DNA of 64,000 bases from Bacteroidales bacterium UBA2295 (GCA_002345825.1 DDWD01000212.1:3778-67777); one strand, 5' to 3'; counted from the first letter of the stretch, positions 28,083 through 37,962 are shown. Notes: generated from the sequence alone by a model not told the origin. A program made the numbers and translations.

Positions 28083-28946
28083 ATGCTCGCCAATAAGTGG
28101 CTTGGTAGAAGATGTCCTCAGAATTTCATAATCAAGAAACCTTGGGCAGGTTCGCTTGTCTTAGCAAGCCTTGTGGCTGTATTTTTAATAGTATATAAAC
28201 CATTAGGCGTTCATGCCAGCTATAGGCTTAGTTTCGAAGCAACTGTAATTATATACTGCATAATTGTGGCCATACCGGTTGCCCTTGCAGCAATTCTGCT
28301 CAAAAAAATTTCCTATTTTAACAATCCAAGAGAGTGGACAATAAAAAAGGAACTTGCTGCAATTGCCCTCATTGTTCTGCTGATGGGCACAATTATATAC
28401 TTTACTGCTTTTATTATTGAAGAACCTTCCGATAGGTGGAACCTAAAAACATTGCTCGATTCGTACACTAGAACCATACTGGGTGCCGCTATCCCGCTGC
28501 TTCTAATCTCACTTATTAATTACCCATATTGGTTTTTTCCGGAGAGGCTACTAACCGAAGAAACCCACAGCAAACCAATTAATAACGGAAGCGAATCGGA
28601 TGTAAACATAAACATCAGTTCGATGCTTAAAAAGGAAAAGCTTAGTTTTTCCCTAAACGAGTTTGTATACGCAGCATCAGAAGGTAACTATGTTAACTTT
28701 TACCTTTTACAAAAAGGCAAAATAGTTAAGGCTGTTATTCGAAACTCTATAAACAACGTTGAACAACAGCTAGCTTACTACAAACGTGTAATGAGGGTTC
28801 ACCGGGCTTTTATTGTTAATGTAGATATGGTTAGGTCGATGAGGGGAAACTCACTGGGGTATACGCTAAAGCTTAATGGACTTGACCAAGAAATACCTGT
28901 TTCGCGTAAAAATACATCGACATTCCGCACACTTTTCCAAGGATAA
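28083..28946 (+). CDS. Membrane-anchored LytTR-family DNA-binding protein (no receiver domain)
   Basis: About 4 TM helices in the N-terminal 160 aa. C-terminal LytTR domain (FVYAASEGNYVNFYL..VHRAFIVNVDMV..LKLNG..IPVSR). Start moved from TTG 28056 to ATG 28083. Confidence 0.8.
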   Translation: MLANKWLGRRCPQNFIIKKPWAGSLVLASLVAVFLIVYKPLGVHASYRLSFEATVIIYCIIVAIPVALAAILLKKISYFNNPREWTIKKELAAIALIVLLMGTIIYFTAFIIEEPSDRWNLKTLLDSYTRTILGAAIPLLLISLINYPYWFFPERLLTEETHSKPINNGSESDVNINISSMLKKEKLSFSLNEFVYAASEGNYVNFYLLQKGKIVKAVIRNSINNVEQQLAYYKRVMRVHRAFIVNVDMVRSMRGNSLGYTLKLNGLDQEIPVSRKNTSTFRTLFQG

Positions 28947-28949
28947 CCA

Positions 28950-28989
28950 TATCCACCCATCACAACTTTTTATCCACCCATCACAACTT
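28950..28989 (+). promoter_or_regulatory. Perfect 19-bp direct repeat (TATCCACCCATCACAACTT x2, 21-bp period); candidate LytTR operator
   Basis: Copies at 28950-28968 and 28971-28989. The repeat starts 4 nt after the LytTR gene stop and lies 125 nt upstream of ATG 29115. The repeat itself is certain; its function is inferred. Confidence 0.5.
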
Positions 28990-29114
28990 CTCTTTTTCAT
29001 TTATCATCTCACACCAAACCCTTGCTATGCATACCAAATAATAGGCAATAGCACACGTAACCCTTTTTCTTTGCAGTACAGTTTAATTGTGTTTGCAAAT
29101 AAAAATTTTGGGTT

Positions 29115-31472
29115 ATGAAAAAAACAATGAGAGTTATTTGTCGTGCAACAGCTTCGATTATGGTGGTGCTAGTTACTGCTGCTAATGTAAATGCGCAGAA
29201 CAATCTATCTGTTACTGGTTCTGTAGTCGAGTTGGGAACAAACGAGCCAATTCCTTTTGCCAACGTGGCACTTTACAATGCCGATGGGCAAACCCTGGTT
29301 GCAGGAGCAAGCTGCACCTTAGCTGGGGATTTTACTGTTAATGCTAGCCGCAAGGGTCTTTATAAGTTAACAATTAGTGCCATTGGTTTTGAAAGTGTAA
29401 GCAAAAAGATTGATTTATCATCTAATCCCAGGGTTGATTTGGGCACAACGCATCTAACCGAACAGGCTATTGGTTTGCAAGGGGTTAGGGTTTTTGGCGA
29501 AAGGGTTAGGGCAAAAAGCGAAGCCAGCAAAAACTCTTACAACATCAGCAGCGAGATGAAGCAAGCATCTAGCACAGGTGTAGACATACTAAAATTCGTT
29601 CCAGGAGTTCAGGTTGACTTTATGCACAATATCTCGCTCGAGGGAAATAGGAACGTTTTAATTTTGGTGGATGGAATAGAGCGCGATGCTTCATTTATAA
29701 ATCAGCTCAATGCACAAAACATTGAGCGAATAGAGATTTCCAATATTCCCCCTGCACGATACGACGGAAATGTTTCGGGGGTTATCAATATAATTCTAGC
29801 CAAGAATAAGGCTAAGGGAGTTGATGGCCACCTGTTTTTCGAATTGCCAACGTCAAAAAATATGGTGTACCTATTCCCATCCTATAGTCTCAATGTTAGC
29901 TTAGGGAAGTTAAGAATTTTTACCTCTTACAACGGCGAGGTAAGTAAGCTAAAATTGTATGAAGAAAGTCAACTCCAAGTTTTTGAAACGCTTAATGATA
30001 ATGCCATAGAAATTGCTAGTAACCAGTCTGTATTTCAAAACAACTGGTCGCATCGTTTTAACTACGGAATCGACTACTTTATCAACAGCAAAAATCAACT
30101 TAACGTATATGCTTATCACAACCGTTTTTCGCAAGAATATAACGGAAATGTGACAGCTATTTACAATGGAGACACAAGCAATACATGGGAAGCCAACAAG
30201 GAGGATGAGGACAAGAATACTAGTAACTTTTACTCCCTATACTATGTACACTCTTTTAAAGATTCAACAAAACATACTATTAGCGTCGATCTTAGCCTGC
30301 AACATTTTGAAGCAACCAGCATAACACAATATACAACAGGTATTGATAGCCCTAGCTTGGACAATTTAACAACCCCTCAGCAACAAAATGGAAGTATAAA
30401 ACTAGATTACAACCTTCCAATCTCAAAAATGTTGTCAATAAAATTGGGAGCAAAAGGAGTAGCCAGAGAACTGGAAAACGGGAGTGAATTCCTGTACAAG
30501 AATAATCAAGTTTCGGGCTATTCCGAGATGATGTACAAGAGACAAAAGCTGGACGCCAGCATAGGGTTGCGTTACGAGAGATCAGAAGTAGAGCTGGCAA
30601 ACAATTTTTCCAGAATTGCCCACAACTTTCTCCCAACCCTTTCGGTGGGTTACAAACACAGCAAAAAGCATAATACTCGGCTATCATACAGAAATTCAAT
30701 GATCTACCCAATTCTTTATCAACTTAATCCACAAGTAAATACAACTAACCCGTATACCCAGCATAGCGGAAATGCTTTGCTCGAACCATCGATACTACAC
30801 AACGTTGTTCTTGAACACAGCACACGAATTAAGAAGGGTTTTGTTAATATGCGGCTATACTACACGGTGAACGAAAACACAATAGACAACCTTTTAACGA
30901 TTGACGATGAAGGTGCTTCCCATACAAAACCATACAACCTGGGAACTCTAAAGCAGCTTGGCCTAAAAGTTTCGGGAATAATCACTGCAGGTACATTCCT
31001 CACCATTAGCCCTAGTATTAGCTTTTTTAATTATGGCACCACTGCAAATAGCCTAGCACAACAAAATTCAATCGAAGACAGGAAAGGATTTGGATTATCC
31101 ACAAGCTTGTCGTCAATCGTATCGCTTGGAAAAGGGTTATCCTTTTCGGGCACCTTTCAGTATTTTACACCCATTGCAAACATTCAAAGCAGCAGGTTTG
31201 AAGATGCAATATACTTTTTGGCTCTGGATAAAGAATTTAAGAACGGACTTAAAATTGGGGTTGTAAGCGCCATTCCTCTAGCAAAAGAGTTTACTTACTT
31301 TGGCCAAAAAACCATTCATAACAATTATAGCAGCCACCACAGTGGCCAAATTGAAAAATCACTTGTTCCATTCTGGTTTCGCATAACCTACCGATTTGCA
31401 TCAGGACAAAGGAAACCGAGTATCAATAGGGATATTGAAGACCTTGAAACGATTCCCCGAAAAGGATTTTAA
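29115..31472 (+). CDS. TonB-dependent-receptor-like outer membrane beta-barrel protein with N-terminal carboxypeptidase-regulatory-like domain
   Basis: Signal peptide (..ANVNAQ), CarbopepD_reg-like segment (GSVVELGTNEPIPFANVALYN), a plug-like region, a long beta-rich C-terminal part and a terminal Phe. Confidence 0.75.
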   Translation: MKKTMRVICRATASIMVVLVTAANVNAQNNLSVTGSVVELGTNEPIPFANVALYNADGQTLVAGASCTLAGDFTVNASRKGLYKLTISAIGFESVSKKIDLSSNPRVDLGTTHLTEQAIGLQGVRVFGERVRAKSEASKNSYNISSEMKQASSTGVDILKFVPGVQVDFMHNISLEGNRNVLILVDGIERDASFINQLNAQNIERIEISNIPPARYDGNVSGVINIILAKNKAKGVDGHLFFELPTSKNMVYLFPSYSLNVSLGKLRIFTSYNGEVSKLKLYEESQLQVFETLNDNAIEIASNQSVFQNNWSHRFNYGIDYFINSKNQLNVYAYHNRFSQEYNGNVTAIYNGDTSNTWEANKEDEDKNTSNFYSLYYVHSFKDSTKHTISVDLSLQHFEATSITQYTTGIDSPSLDNLTTPQQQNGSIKLDYNLPISKMLSIKLGAKGVARELENGSEFLYKNNQVSGYSEMMYKRQKLDASIGLRYERSEVELANNFSRIAHNFLPTLSVGYKHSKKHNTRLSYRNSMIYPILYQLNPQVNTTNPYTQHSGNALLEPSILHNVVLEHSTRIKKGFVNMRLYYTVNENTIDNLLTIDDEGASHTKPYNLGTLKQLGLKVSGIITAGTFLTISPSISFFNYGTTANSLAQQNSIEDRKGFGLSTSLSSIVSLGKGLSFSGTFQYFTPIANIQSSRFEDAIYFLALDKEFKNGLKIGVVSAIPLAKEFTYFGQKTIHNNYSSHHSGQIEKSLVPFWFRITYRFASGQRKPSINRDIEDLETIPRKGF

Positions 31473-31587
31473 AATCCACACAACCTGTTTTGACCTTAAT
31501 AAACCCTATAATATGTTGGAATGTAAACACTTTTTAGCCCGATCTGTTTGGTATCAATATTTTATTCTGTTTTCAAATTGTTTATAC

Positions 31588-31595
31588 TAATTTTG
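31588..31595 (+). promoter_or_regulatory. -7 promoter box TAATTTTG
   Basis: TAnnTTTG match 44 nt upstream of ATG 31640. Confidence 0.4.
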
Positions 31596-31639
31596 CAGCC
31601 AAATTAAAAAAACCTCAACTTCAAAAAAACCACCTCATT

Positions 31640-32548
31640 ATGAGCTACGTATCAAAAGAAAAGCTGTTCTCAAAGGAATGGTTTAGAGTATGGAGCCTAA
31701 TAACCATTGGGGCGTTTATCCTTGCCTCTGGATTTGTTTTCTTTATCGATCCTCACAGAATTGCTCCGGGCGGAGTTTACGGAATAGGTATCATTGTTCA
31801 CTACCTAACCAAGGGTATGTTCAGCTGGGCTCCCGAGGGATTCCCCATTGGTACCGTTGGGCTTATTCTTAACATTCCGCTTACAATTATTGGCATAAAA
31901 CTACTTGGCCCACGCTTTGGGGTAAAAACAGTAATTGGATTTATACTCACTTCGGTATTTATCGACGCGCAACACTACCTGTTTGGCTACGATCCGCTGG
32001 TTGACGATGCATTACTATCGTCAGTTTTTGGAGGTGTGCTGGTGGGGTTCGGTCTCGGCCTAATTTTTAAATCGAAGGCTACCAGTGGCGGTCCCGATAT
32101 AATTGCCATGATAATTGCCAAGTACACCCGCCTGCCCCTTGGTCAGCTGATGATTTATGTAGATTCGGCCATTGTGCTTATTGCCCTAGCCGCATTTCAG
32201 GATTGGAAAATTCCGCTGTACTCATGGATCGTTATCTACATCACCGGAAAGGTTATTGACATGACCATCCAGGGTGCCAGCTACGATAAAACCCTCTTTA
32301 TTATCTCCGACAAGTATGAAGAGATAAGGGAGAAGCTAATTGTTGACCTGGATCGGGGTGGAACGCTTATAAATGCTGTTGGAATGTACAAAGGGCAGGA
32401 AAAGAAAATCATCTTTACCAACGTGAATCGCCGAGAGGTTTACATGCTCCGCGACTTTATTGAGCAGATTGACCCAAGAGCCTTTATAACAGTTATTGAT
32501 GCCAACGAAATTTTGGGCAACGGCTTTAAACCTATTAAAGAGGAGTAG
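31640..32548 (+). CDS. YitT family membrane protein (DUF2179 C-terminal domain)
   Basis: 5-TM N-terminal region with GGVYGIG and SGGPDIIA motifs. The C-terminal soluble domain ends with ..AFITVIDANEILGNGF. Confidence 0.85.
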   Translation: MSYVSKEKLFSKEWFRVWSLITIGAFILASGFVFFIDPHRIAPGGVYGIGIIVHYLTKGMFSWAPEGFPIGTVGLILNIPLTIIGIKLLGPRFGVKTVIGFILTSVFIDAQHYLFGYDPLVDDALLSSVFGGVLVGFGLGLIFKSKATSGGPDIIAMIIAKYTRLPLGQLMIYVDSAIVLIALAAFQDWKIPLYSWIVIYITGKVIDMTIQGASYDKTLFIISDKYEEIREKLIVDLDRGGTLINAVGMYKGQEKKIIFTNVNRREVYMLRDFIEQIDPRAFITVIDANEILGNGFKPIKEE

Positions 32549-32572
32549 CTAAGCATAAACAAAAACCACAAA

Positions 32573-32612
32573 AAGGCGCAGGGAGCGTTTTAAGCCCCCT
32601 GCGCCTTTTTTG
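32573..32612 (+). terminator. Rho-independent terminator
   Basis: 9-bp GC-rich stem GGCGCAGGG (32575-32583) / CCCTGCGCC (32597-32605), followed by TTTTTT. Confidence 0.8.
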
Positions 32613-32686
32613 GCACAAAGTTGTACTACCCAAAGACAACAAGCCATTAAAATGCTAATTTTACGCCAACAAAACGATTTTTGGAG

Positions 32687-33613
32687 ATGAAAGGAAAGGT
32701 ACTAAAGTCAACCGGTAGCTGGTATACCATCATCGACGAGGATGGTAACCACTACAAGTGTAAGATTAGAGGAAAATTGCGGCTAAAATCATCGCGAACA
32801 ACCAACCCCATTACCGTTGGCGATACGGTTGAGTTTAGCACCGAGAGCGATGGCGTTACCGGCAATATTGATGGCATAGAGCCAAGAAGGAATTACATAA
32901 TCCGGAAATCATCAAACCTTTCGCGCGAGTCGCACATTATTGCAGCAAACATCGACCAAGCCATTCTGGTGGTAACCATCGATTTTCCGGAGACCAACCT
33001 TGTTTTTATCGACCGGTACTTGGCCACATCGGAGGCATACCAAATTCCAGCCATATTGCTCTTCAACAAAATTGACCTTTATTCCGATGAGATTTTTCAA
33101 GAGAAGCTAAACTACTACGAATCAATATACAAGCCCCTTTACCCTTGCTACAGGGTGTCGGCCAAAACGGGCGAGGGTATTGAAGAGGTACGCGAAATTA
33201 TCCGAGGGAAATCGAGCCTTTTCTCAGGCAACTCGGGGGTTGGAAAAAGCACCCTGATTAATAGGGTTGAACCCAACCTGAACCTGAAGACTGCCGATAT
33301 ATCGCACTACCATCTAAAGGGGAAGCACACAACAACATTTAGCGAGATGTTTCCACTTGAAGGAGGGGGCTTTATTATTGATACTCCCGGTATCAAAGGA
33401 TTTGGCCTAGTAGATATGGACAAAAGGGAGATTTTCCACTTTTTCCCCGAAATTTTTAAGGTTTCGGCAACGTGTCAATACAAAAACTGCACACACGAGC
33501 ACGAGCCCGGATGTGCAGTTAAAGATGCTGTTGAAAACTATTTGATTCATCCCTCGCGCTACTACAGCTACCTAAGCATAATGAACGAGCAGGAGGGAAA
33601 GTACCGAACCTAA
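32687..33613 (+). CDS. rsgA: Ribosome small-subunit-dependent GTPase A
   Basis: Circularly permuted GTPase with NKIDL, GNSGVGKSTLIN, DTPG and the zinc finger C..C.HEHEPGCAV. Confidence 0.92.
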   Translation: MKGKVLKSTGSWYTIIDEDGNHYKCKIRGKLRLKSSRTTNPITVGDTVEFSTESDGVTGNIDGIEPRRNYIIRKSSNLSRESHIIAANIDQAILVVTIDFPETNLVFIDRYLATSEAYQIPAILLFNKIDLYSDEIFQEKLNYYESIYKPLYPCYRVSAKTGEGIEEVREIIRGKSSLFSGNSGVGKSTLINRVEPNLNLKTADISHYHLKGKHTTTFSEMFPLEGGGFIIDTPGIKGFGLVDMDKREIFHFFPEIFKVSATCQYKNCTHEHEPGCAVKDAVENYLIHPSRYYSYLSIMNEQEGKYRT

Positions 33614-33617
33614 AAGG

Positions 33618-34448
33618 CTATACCATTGCTGGATTTACACACAGTACGGGTATCTTTGCCGTATTAGCAATAACATATTGCTCCTGCGCACCGAATATGT
33701 AATCGGTAAAGTCGAGGTTTGGCGTGGTCATGATAAGTATTAAGTCAGCCTCAATGTCAACCGCTAGCTTAACAACCTCGTCGGAAAAATTGGTTCCTTT
33801 AGCTGCATTGTGAACGTCTATTTCAATCTCGTTGGCTTCAAGATGTTTCTTTGCAAAAGCCAAGTTGTAGTTTATCTTTTTCTGTATACCAGCATCGGTT
33901 GCGTAGGGCAAAATAACGTGAACTCTAGAGTTGAACTGGTGTGCAGTACGGATGGCCCAACGAAGTCTTTCTTTCTCATTCAATCTGTAATCGAGTGGGA
34001 ACACAATATTTTCAAAAATTCTGCCCTCTTTTGGCGCATCCTGAATGACCAGGAATGGTACATTTGATCCTGCAATAACCTTTAGCGCCTTGCTTCCGGT
34101 TAACTTCTGAACACCCTTAATTCCATGGGTTCCCATAATTACCGTATCGGCCTCGATATCGAAAGCATACTCGCTAATGGTGTGAAAAATATTCCCTTCC
34201 TGAATCACTGTTTTAACATCAATGCCATGTTGCTCTTTGATGCGAACAGCATCAGCCTTAATTTGCTCTGCAGCCTCTTTTTCGTTTAGCTTACCCTTTG
34301 CGAACATCCCGCCGGCCTCTATAACGTGAATCAGATCGACAGTAAAACTATCGGTAAAGGATCCAATTTTAAGTGCGTAAAGTAGGGCGTTCTCCGAAAC
34401 TTGTGTAAAATCCCACGGTACGATTAATTTTTGAGATTTGATTTCCAT
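33618..34448 (-). CDS. Universal stress protein (tandem Usp domains)
   Basis: Two Usp repeats, each with a G-x2-G-x9-G(S/T)-like ATP motif region (IMGTHGIKGVQKLTGSKALKV). 276 aa. Confidence 0.8.
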   Translation of the reverse strand: MEIKSQKLIVPWDFTQVSENALLYALKIGSFTDSFTVDLIHVIEAGGMFAKGKLNEKEAAEQIKADAVRIKEQHGIDVKTVIQEGNIFHTISEYAFDIEADTVIMGTHGIKGVQKLTGSKALKVIAGSNVPFLVIQDAPKEGRIFENIVFPLDYRLNEKERLRWAIRTAHQFNSRVHVILPYATDAGIQKKINYNLAFAKKHLEANEIEIDVHNAAKGTNFSDEVVKLAVDIEADLILIMTTPNLDFTDYIFGAQEQYVIANTAKIPVLCVNPAMV

Positions 34449-34604
34449 AGTTACTGGGTTTTAGGACAAAAACTAATTTTTGAAGATATAAATTTAGGGT
34501 ATTTATTTATTTAACCATATAAAATTTTTGCAAAAAAAATTTTTGCGATAGCAATTCAATTCGTTAAACGCTAATATTCTTTGCATTAAAACCATTCGGG
34601 CCGA

Positions 34605-34844
34605 TTAACTTGTTACTATTTTTATTGCTTGTACCGGACAAACATTTACCAACTCTTGTGCAATATCGCTAAATAGGGCAGGTTCATCAATGGTTTGTGT
34701 ATCGTCACTAAAGTTAGCCGTGTTAACCCAGGAAACCCTACCGTCTTGTGATGAATAGGTTAACATTTCGGGAGCAATTGAAACACAAAACCCACAGGCA
34801 ATGCACTTGTACCTATGTATCTGTATCTTGACTAGGTGAATCAA
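34605..34844 (-). CDS. Small single-cluster ferredoxin
   Basis: 79 aa with CIACGFC near the N-terminus and a distal CPV motif (VNVCPVQAI). Confidence 0.75.
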   Translation of the reverse strand: MIHLVKIQIHRYKCIACGFCVSIAPEMLTYSSQDGRVSWVNTANFSDDTQTIDEPALFSDIAQELVNVCPVQAIKIVTS

Positions 34845-35025
34845 CCTTAACTATTGTAAAAGTGTAAACTTAAATTACAGGATAATTGAATATCAAGTCC
34901 AAAAATAGTAATAAATCGAGTTTTATGGGTAGCTAAGCCTTGGGGTAATCTCTTTTTGACAATAATTTTTGTTAGGTGTCCGAAAAAATCTATCTTTAAC
35001 CTATATCCAAAATTCAGAAGAACAG

Positions 35026-35577
35026 ATGAACAAAGAAAATTCACCGGCAGAAAAAGGGAGCACCCTCGATCAAAGAAAGAAAAGCATATTCAAAAATTTG
35101 GGTGAATTCATAAAGAGAAACCCGACCCTAACAGTGAGCATAATTGCTATAGGCATAATACTGGGGTTATGGAGCTTTATGAAAATAGATAAAACCCGAA
35201 TGGGAAACCGATACAAAACCCAAATGGTTTTGCAGCGTGACAGTATAAACATTGGACATACAAAGAATAACGTACGAATTTTCTCTTGGGCTGTTCGTAG
35301 CGAGCTAATTCGTGGTAACAAGGAGCAGGTTGAACATTTCTTTACAAATTACTTAGAAACAGGTAAGGTGGTGCGTGTTTTGCTAATTGATCCGGAAACT
35401 AGTAAGGTTATAATATCTACAAACAAAAAAGATGTTGACACCACAGCAACTGATAACGAAATACTTGATGCAACAGCAATCATAACTATCGATGCTGGTG
35501 AAACTTATATGATAGCCAACCCAATAATGGGTCTCGATAAAAAAATTGGAATTTTAGTAGTTGAAATCGAAAAGTAA
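35026..35577 (+). CDS. Hypothetical single-pass membrane protein
   Basis: Charged N-terminus, one TM helix (LTVSIIAIGIILGLWSF) and an extracytoplasmic domain of about 120 aa. No recognisable motif. Start moved to ATG 35026. Confidence 0.5.
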   Translation: MNKENSPAEKGSTLDQRKKSIFKNLGEFIKRNPTLTVSIIAIGIILGLWSFMKIDKTRMGNRYKTQMVLQRDSINIGHTKNNVRIFSWAVRSELIRGNKEQVEHFFTNYLETGKVVRVLLIDPETSKVIISTNKKDVDTTATDNEILDATAIITIDAGETYMIANPIMGLDKKIGILVVEIEK

Positions 35578-35588
35578 ATAGAAAAATT

Positions 35589-35987
35589 ATGCGCACACTT
35601 GGAAACATCATTTGGCATATCCCATTCCTTGGATTTGTAACCGCATTTTGGACTTTTATAATAGGAGGTATTCTTACGCTCACAATCGTAGCATCCCCCA
35701 TTGGGTTGGGGTTAATTCAACTTTCAAGGTTTTTGCTTACACCCTTTTCAATGAAAATGGTTAGTAAGAACACGTTAAACAAAAAACAAAATCAGCTTTG
35801 GAAAGCCTATGGGTTTATTGTGCGCATTATATACTTTCCCATAGGGTTAGTTCTGGCCATTGTAACCATCTTCCAAATTGTGGGCCTTTTCATATCGATA
35901 ATTGGTATACCAACAGCAATAGTTCTGGCCAAATCGCTCGAAACGTACTTTAACCCTGTGAACAAGGTTTGTGTACCCGAAAACTAA
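35589..35987 (+). CDS. YccF domain-containing inner membrane protein
   Basis: GNIIWHIPFLGF..GGILTLTIVASPIGLG, with a duplicated YccF-type motif (ISIIGIPTAIVLAKS). Confidence 0.8.
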   Translation: MRTLGNIIWHIPFLGFVTAFWTFIIGGILTLTIVASPIGLGLIQLSRFLLTPFSMKMVSKNTLNKKQNQLWKAYGFIVRIIYFPIGLVLAIVTIFQIVGLFISIIGIPTAIVLAKSLETYFNPVNKVCVPEN

Positions 35988-36024
35988 ATTGGTAATAGTT
36001 TTCGCACAATTTTTCGTTGTTGTG

Positions 36025-37284
36025 TTAAAGTAACTTGGACTTAACTGAAATTACTTGGTAAACCTTGTCGTTTCGTCGGACCAACTCGGGGGTGATAAAC
36101 GAACATTTTACCCCCTTGGGGCAATGTTCCACGGATTTATCGTCAACACGAATATCCTCAGCTATTAGTTCAACTACTCCTGTTGTTGGGCCAATAATCA
36201 GTACTTTATCGTTCTTGTTAAACTGGGTTGCCTCAACTTTTAACTCGGCCACTCCAAGGTTTGAGAAGTAGTTGGAAATTTTCCCCACGTATACCTTTCG
36301 CTCTGTTGCAACGCTACCATAATAGTGGCTCCATTCGCCAAGCTTTTGCCCCAGGTAGTAACCATCCCAAAACCCCCGATTAAAAACTTTGGAGAGTCGC
36401 TCCATCCAACCATCTATCTTTTGCTGATTATATGTTCCATCGGCAATGGCCTCAACCGCTTCGCGGTAGCATTGGGTAACCGTTTTCACGTACTCGGGGC
36501 TACGGGCACGACCCTCAAGTTTAAGAACCCTAACGCCCGATGCAATTATCTTGTTCAGGAAACCAATGGTACACAAATCTTTGGGCGACATGATGTACTC
36601 GTTGTCAATTTCAAGCTGATCGCCGGTTTCGTTATCGGTCACAGTGTATGATCGACGGCAAATTTGCAGACAAGCTCCGCGATTGGCCGATGAGTTGGCC
36701 TGATGCAAGCTCATGTAGCACTTGCCCGAAACCGCCATGCATAGCGCTCCGTGAGCAAAAATCTCGAGTTGTACCTTTTGGCCCGATGGGCCAACGATAT
36801 TTTGCTCCTCAATATTACGAGCAATAACAGCCACCTGATCGAGGGTTAGCTCACGCGCCAGCACGGCCACATCGGCCCACTGAGAGTAGAACTTAAGCGA
36901 CTCGGTATTACTGATATTTAGCTGAGTAGATAGATGTACCTCAACTCCTTGTTCGCGTGCATAGCTTATGGCCGATTGATCAGAAGCAATTATGGCCGAA
37001 ACCCCAGCTTTTGCTGCCGCTTCAATTGTTGAGCGCATTGGAGGAATATCGTGATCGTAAAGTACAGTATTTACCGTAAGGTAGGTCTTTACGTTATGTT
37101 CGGAACAAATTCGGACTATCTCAGGCAAATCGTCGGTAGTAAAATTTACCGTAGATTTGGCGCGCATATTAAGGTGTCCCACGCCAAAGTAAACCGAGTT
37201 TGCACCACCCTGTATGGCTGCCATTAGCGATTCAAAGTTGCCGGCTGGCGCCATTATCTCAATATCCGAAGGATTAAATATCAT
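36025..37284 (-). CDS. Peptidase U32 family protein
   Basis: U32 signature EIFAHGALCMAVSGKCYMS, a TIM-barrel-like N-terminal part and a C-terminal beta domain. Confidence 0.88.
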   Translation of the reverse strand: MIFNPSDIEIMAPAGNFESLMAAIQGGANSVYFGVGHLNMRAKSTVNFTTDDLPEIVRICSEHNVKTYLTVNTVLYDHDIPPMRSTIEAAAKAGVSAIIASDQSAISYAREQGVEVHLSTQLNISNTESLKFYSQWADVAVLARELTLDQVAVIARNIEEQNIVGPSGQKVQLEIFAHGALCMAVSGKCYMSLHQANSSANRGACLQICRRSYTVTDNETGDQLEIDNEYIMSPKDLCTIGFLNKIIASGVRVLKLEGRARSPEYVKTVTQCYREAVEAIADGTYNQQKIDGWMERLSKVFNRGFWDGYYLGQKLGEWSHYYGSVATERKVYVGKISNYFSNLGVAELKVEATQFNKNDKVLIIGPTTGVVELIAEDIRVDDKSVEHCPKGVKCSFITPELVRRNDKVYQVISVKSKLL

Positions 37285-37512
37285 GCTACAAAATTTTGAT
37301 GCAAAGATAGGAAATATGATAGGGCAAATGCATTGGAAATTAGTTAAAATAATCTATCTGATTCACTGTCCCGCTAGGAACATAATATGTGTAAAACTTA
37401 AATACAGAATAATAACCCCGTGACGGAATATTCTTTACTTGCTACAGGCAAGACTTAGTCGTAAAATTAAACACAATTTTAATGTATATAAAACCGATAA
37501 TTTCTTTATTCA

Positions 37513-37750
37513 CACCCTCGTAGAGGGTATATAGCGATAGGGTATTGATTGCGAAGGTAAAGCACCCCGTGGGGGTGCAATAGATATCAGCAGCCCATAT
37601 TGCGCATCTACGAAGCGCTAAATTATTTTCATTAATTTATTCAATCGCTATGTGCCCTCTACGAGGGCTATAGTATTAATATTCTGATCAAACCAATAAA
37701 TAAATTGTTAATATTTGTTTGTTTTGTATTCTTATCTTGACGGCTATGGC
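37513..37750. mobile_element. MITE-like palindromic element, copy 2 (inverted relative to copy 1; left boundary unclear, may extend to ~37441)
   Basis: Collinear with the reverse complement of 1916-2205. Shared blocks include CCCTCGTAGAGGGTATATAGCGAT, GCACCCCGTGGGGGTGCAATAGATAT, GCGCATCTACGAAGCGC, CAATCGCTATGTGCCCTCTACGAGGGCTATAG, and TTAATATTTGTTTGTTTTGTATTCTTATCTTGACGGCTATGGC. Confidence 0.7.
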
Positions 37751-37934
37751 AGGCAAGCAGGCTTGACGGCACAGGAAAATCCGTTTGCATAACATCAGCT
37801 ACAAATATATTGTCCCTAACGGGACAGGCTTTTCTTGATTGCGTAAACCCTTAGCAATTGATTCAAATTAAGATTTTTAAGTTTGTTGCTGGGTGTGATG
37901 GCAAACATCATCTTTTCAAACCGAATAAACAAAC

Positions 37935-37942
37935 TATCTTTG
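37935..37942 (+). promoter_or_regulatory. -7 promoter box TATCTTTG
   Basis: TAnnTTTG match 21 nt upstream of ATG 37963. It lies inside the ORF-track N-terminal extension, which argues for the shorter gene. Confidence 0.5.
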
Positions 37943-37962
37943 CGCCTCATTTAAATTTTGCT

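Noticed and set aside
34519-34547. Direct repeat AAAATTTTTGC x2 (15-bp period) and palindrome TTTTTGCAAAAA between the ferredoxin and usp genes
   Set aside because: It is low-complexity A/T sequence in an AT-rich promoter region. Such short repeats are expected by chance, and I cannot tie it to a regulator.
37858-37962. 35-codon N-terminal extension of the ABC-F ORF
   Set aside because: It starts at a non-ATG codon and contains the TATCTTTG promoter box. ABC-F proteins normally begin a few residues before the first beta strand, as in MISVDSLTLEFGG.
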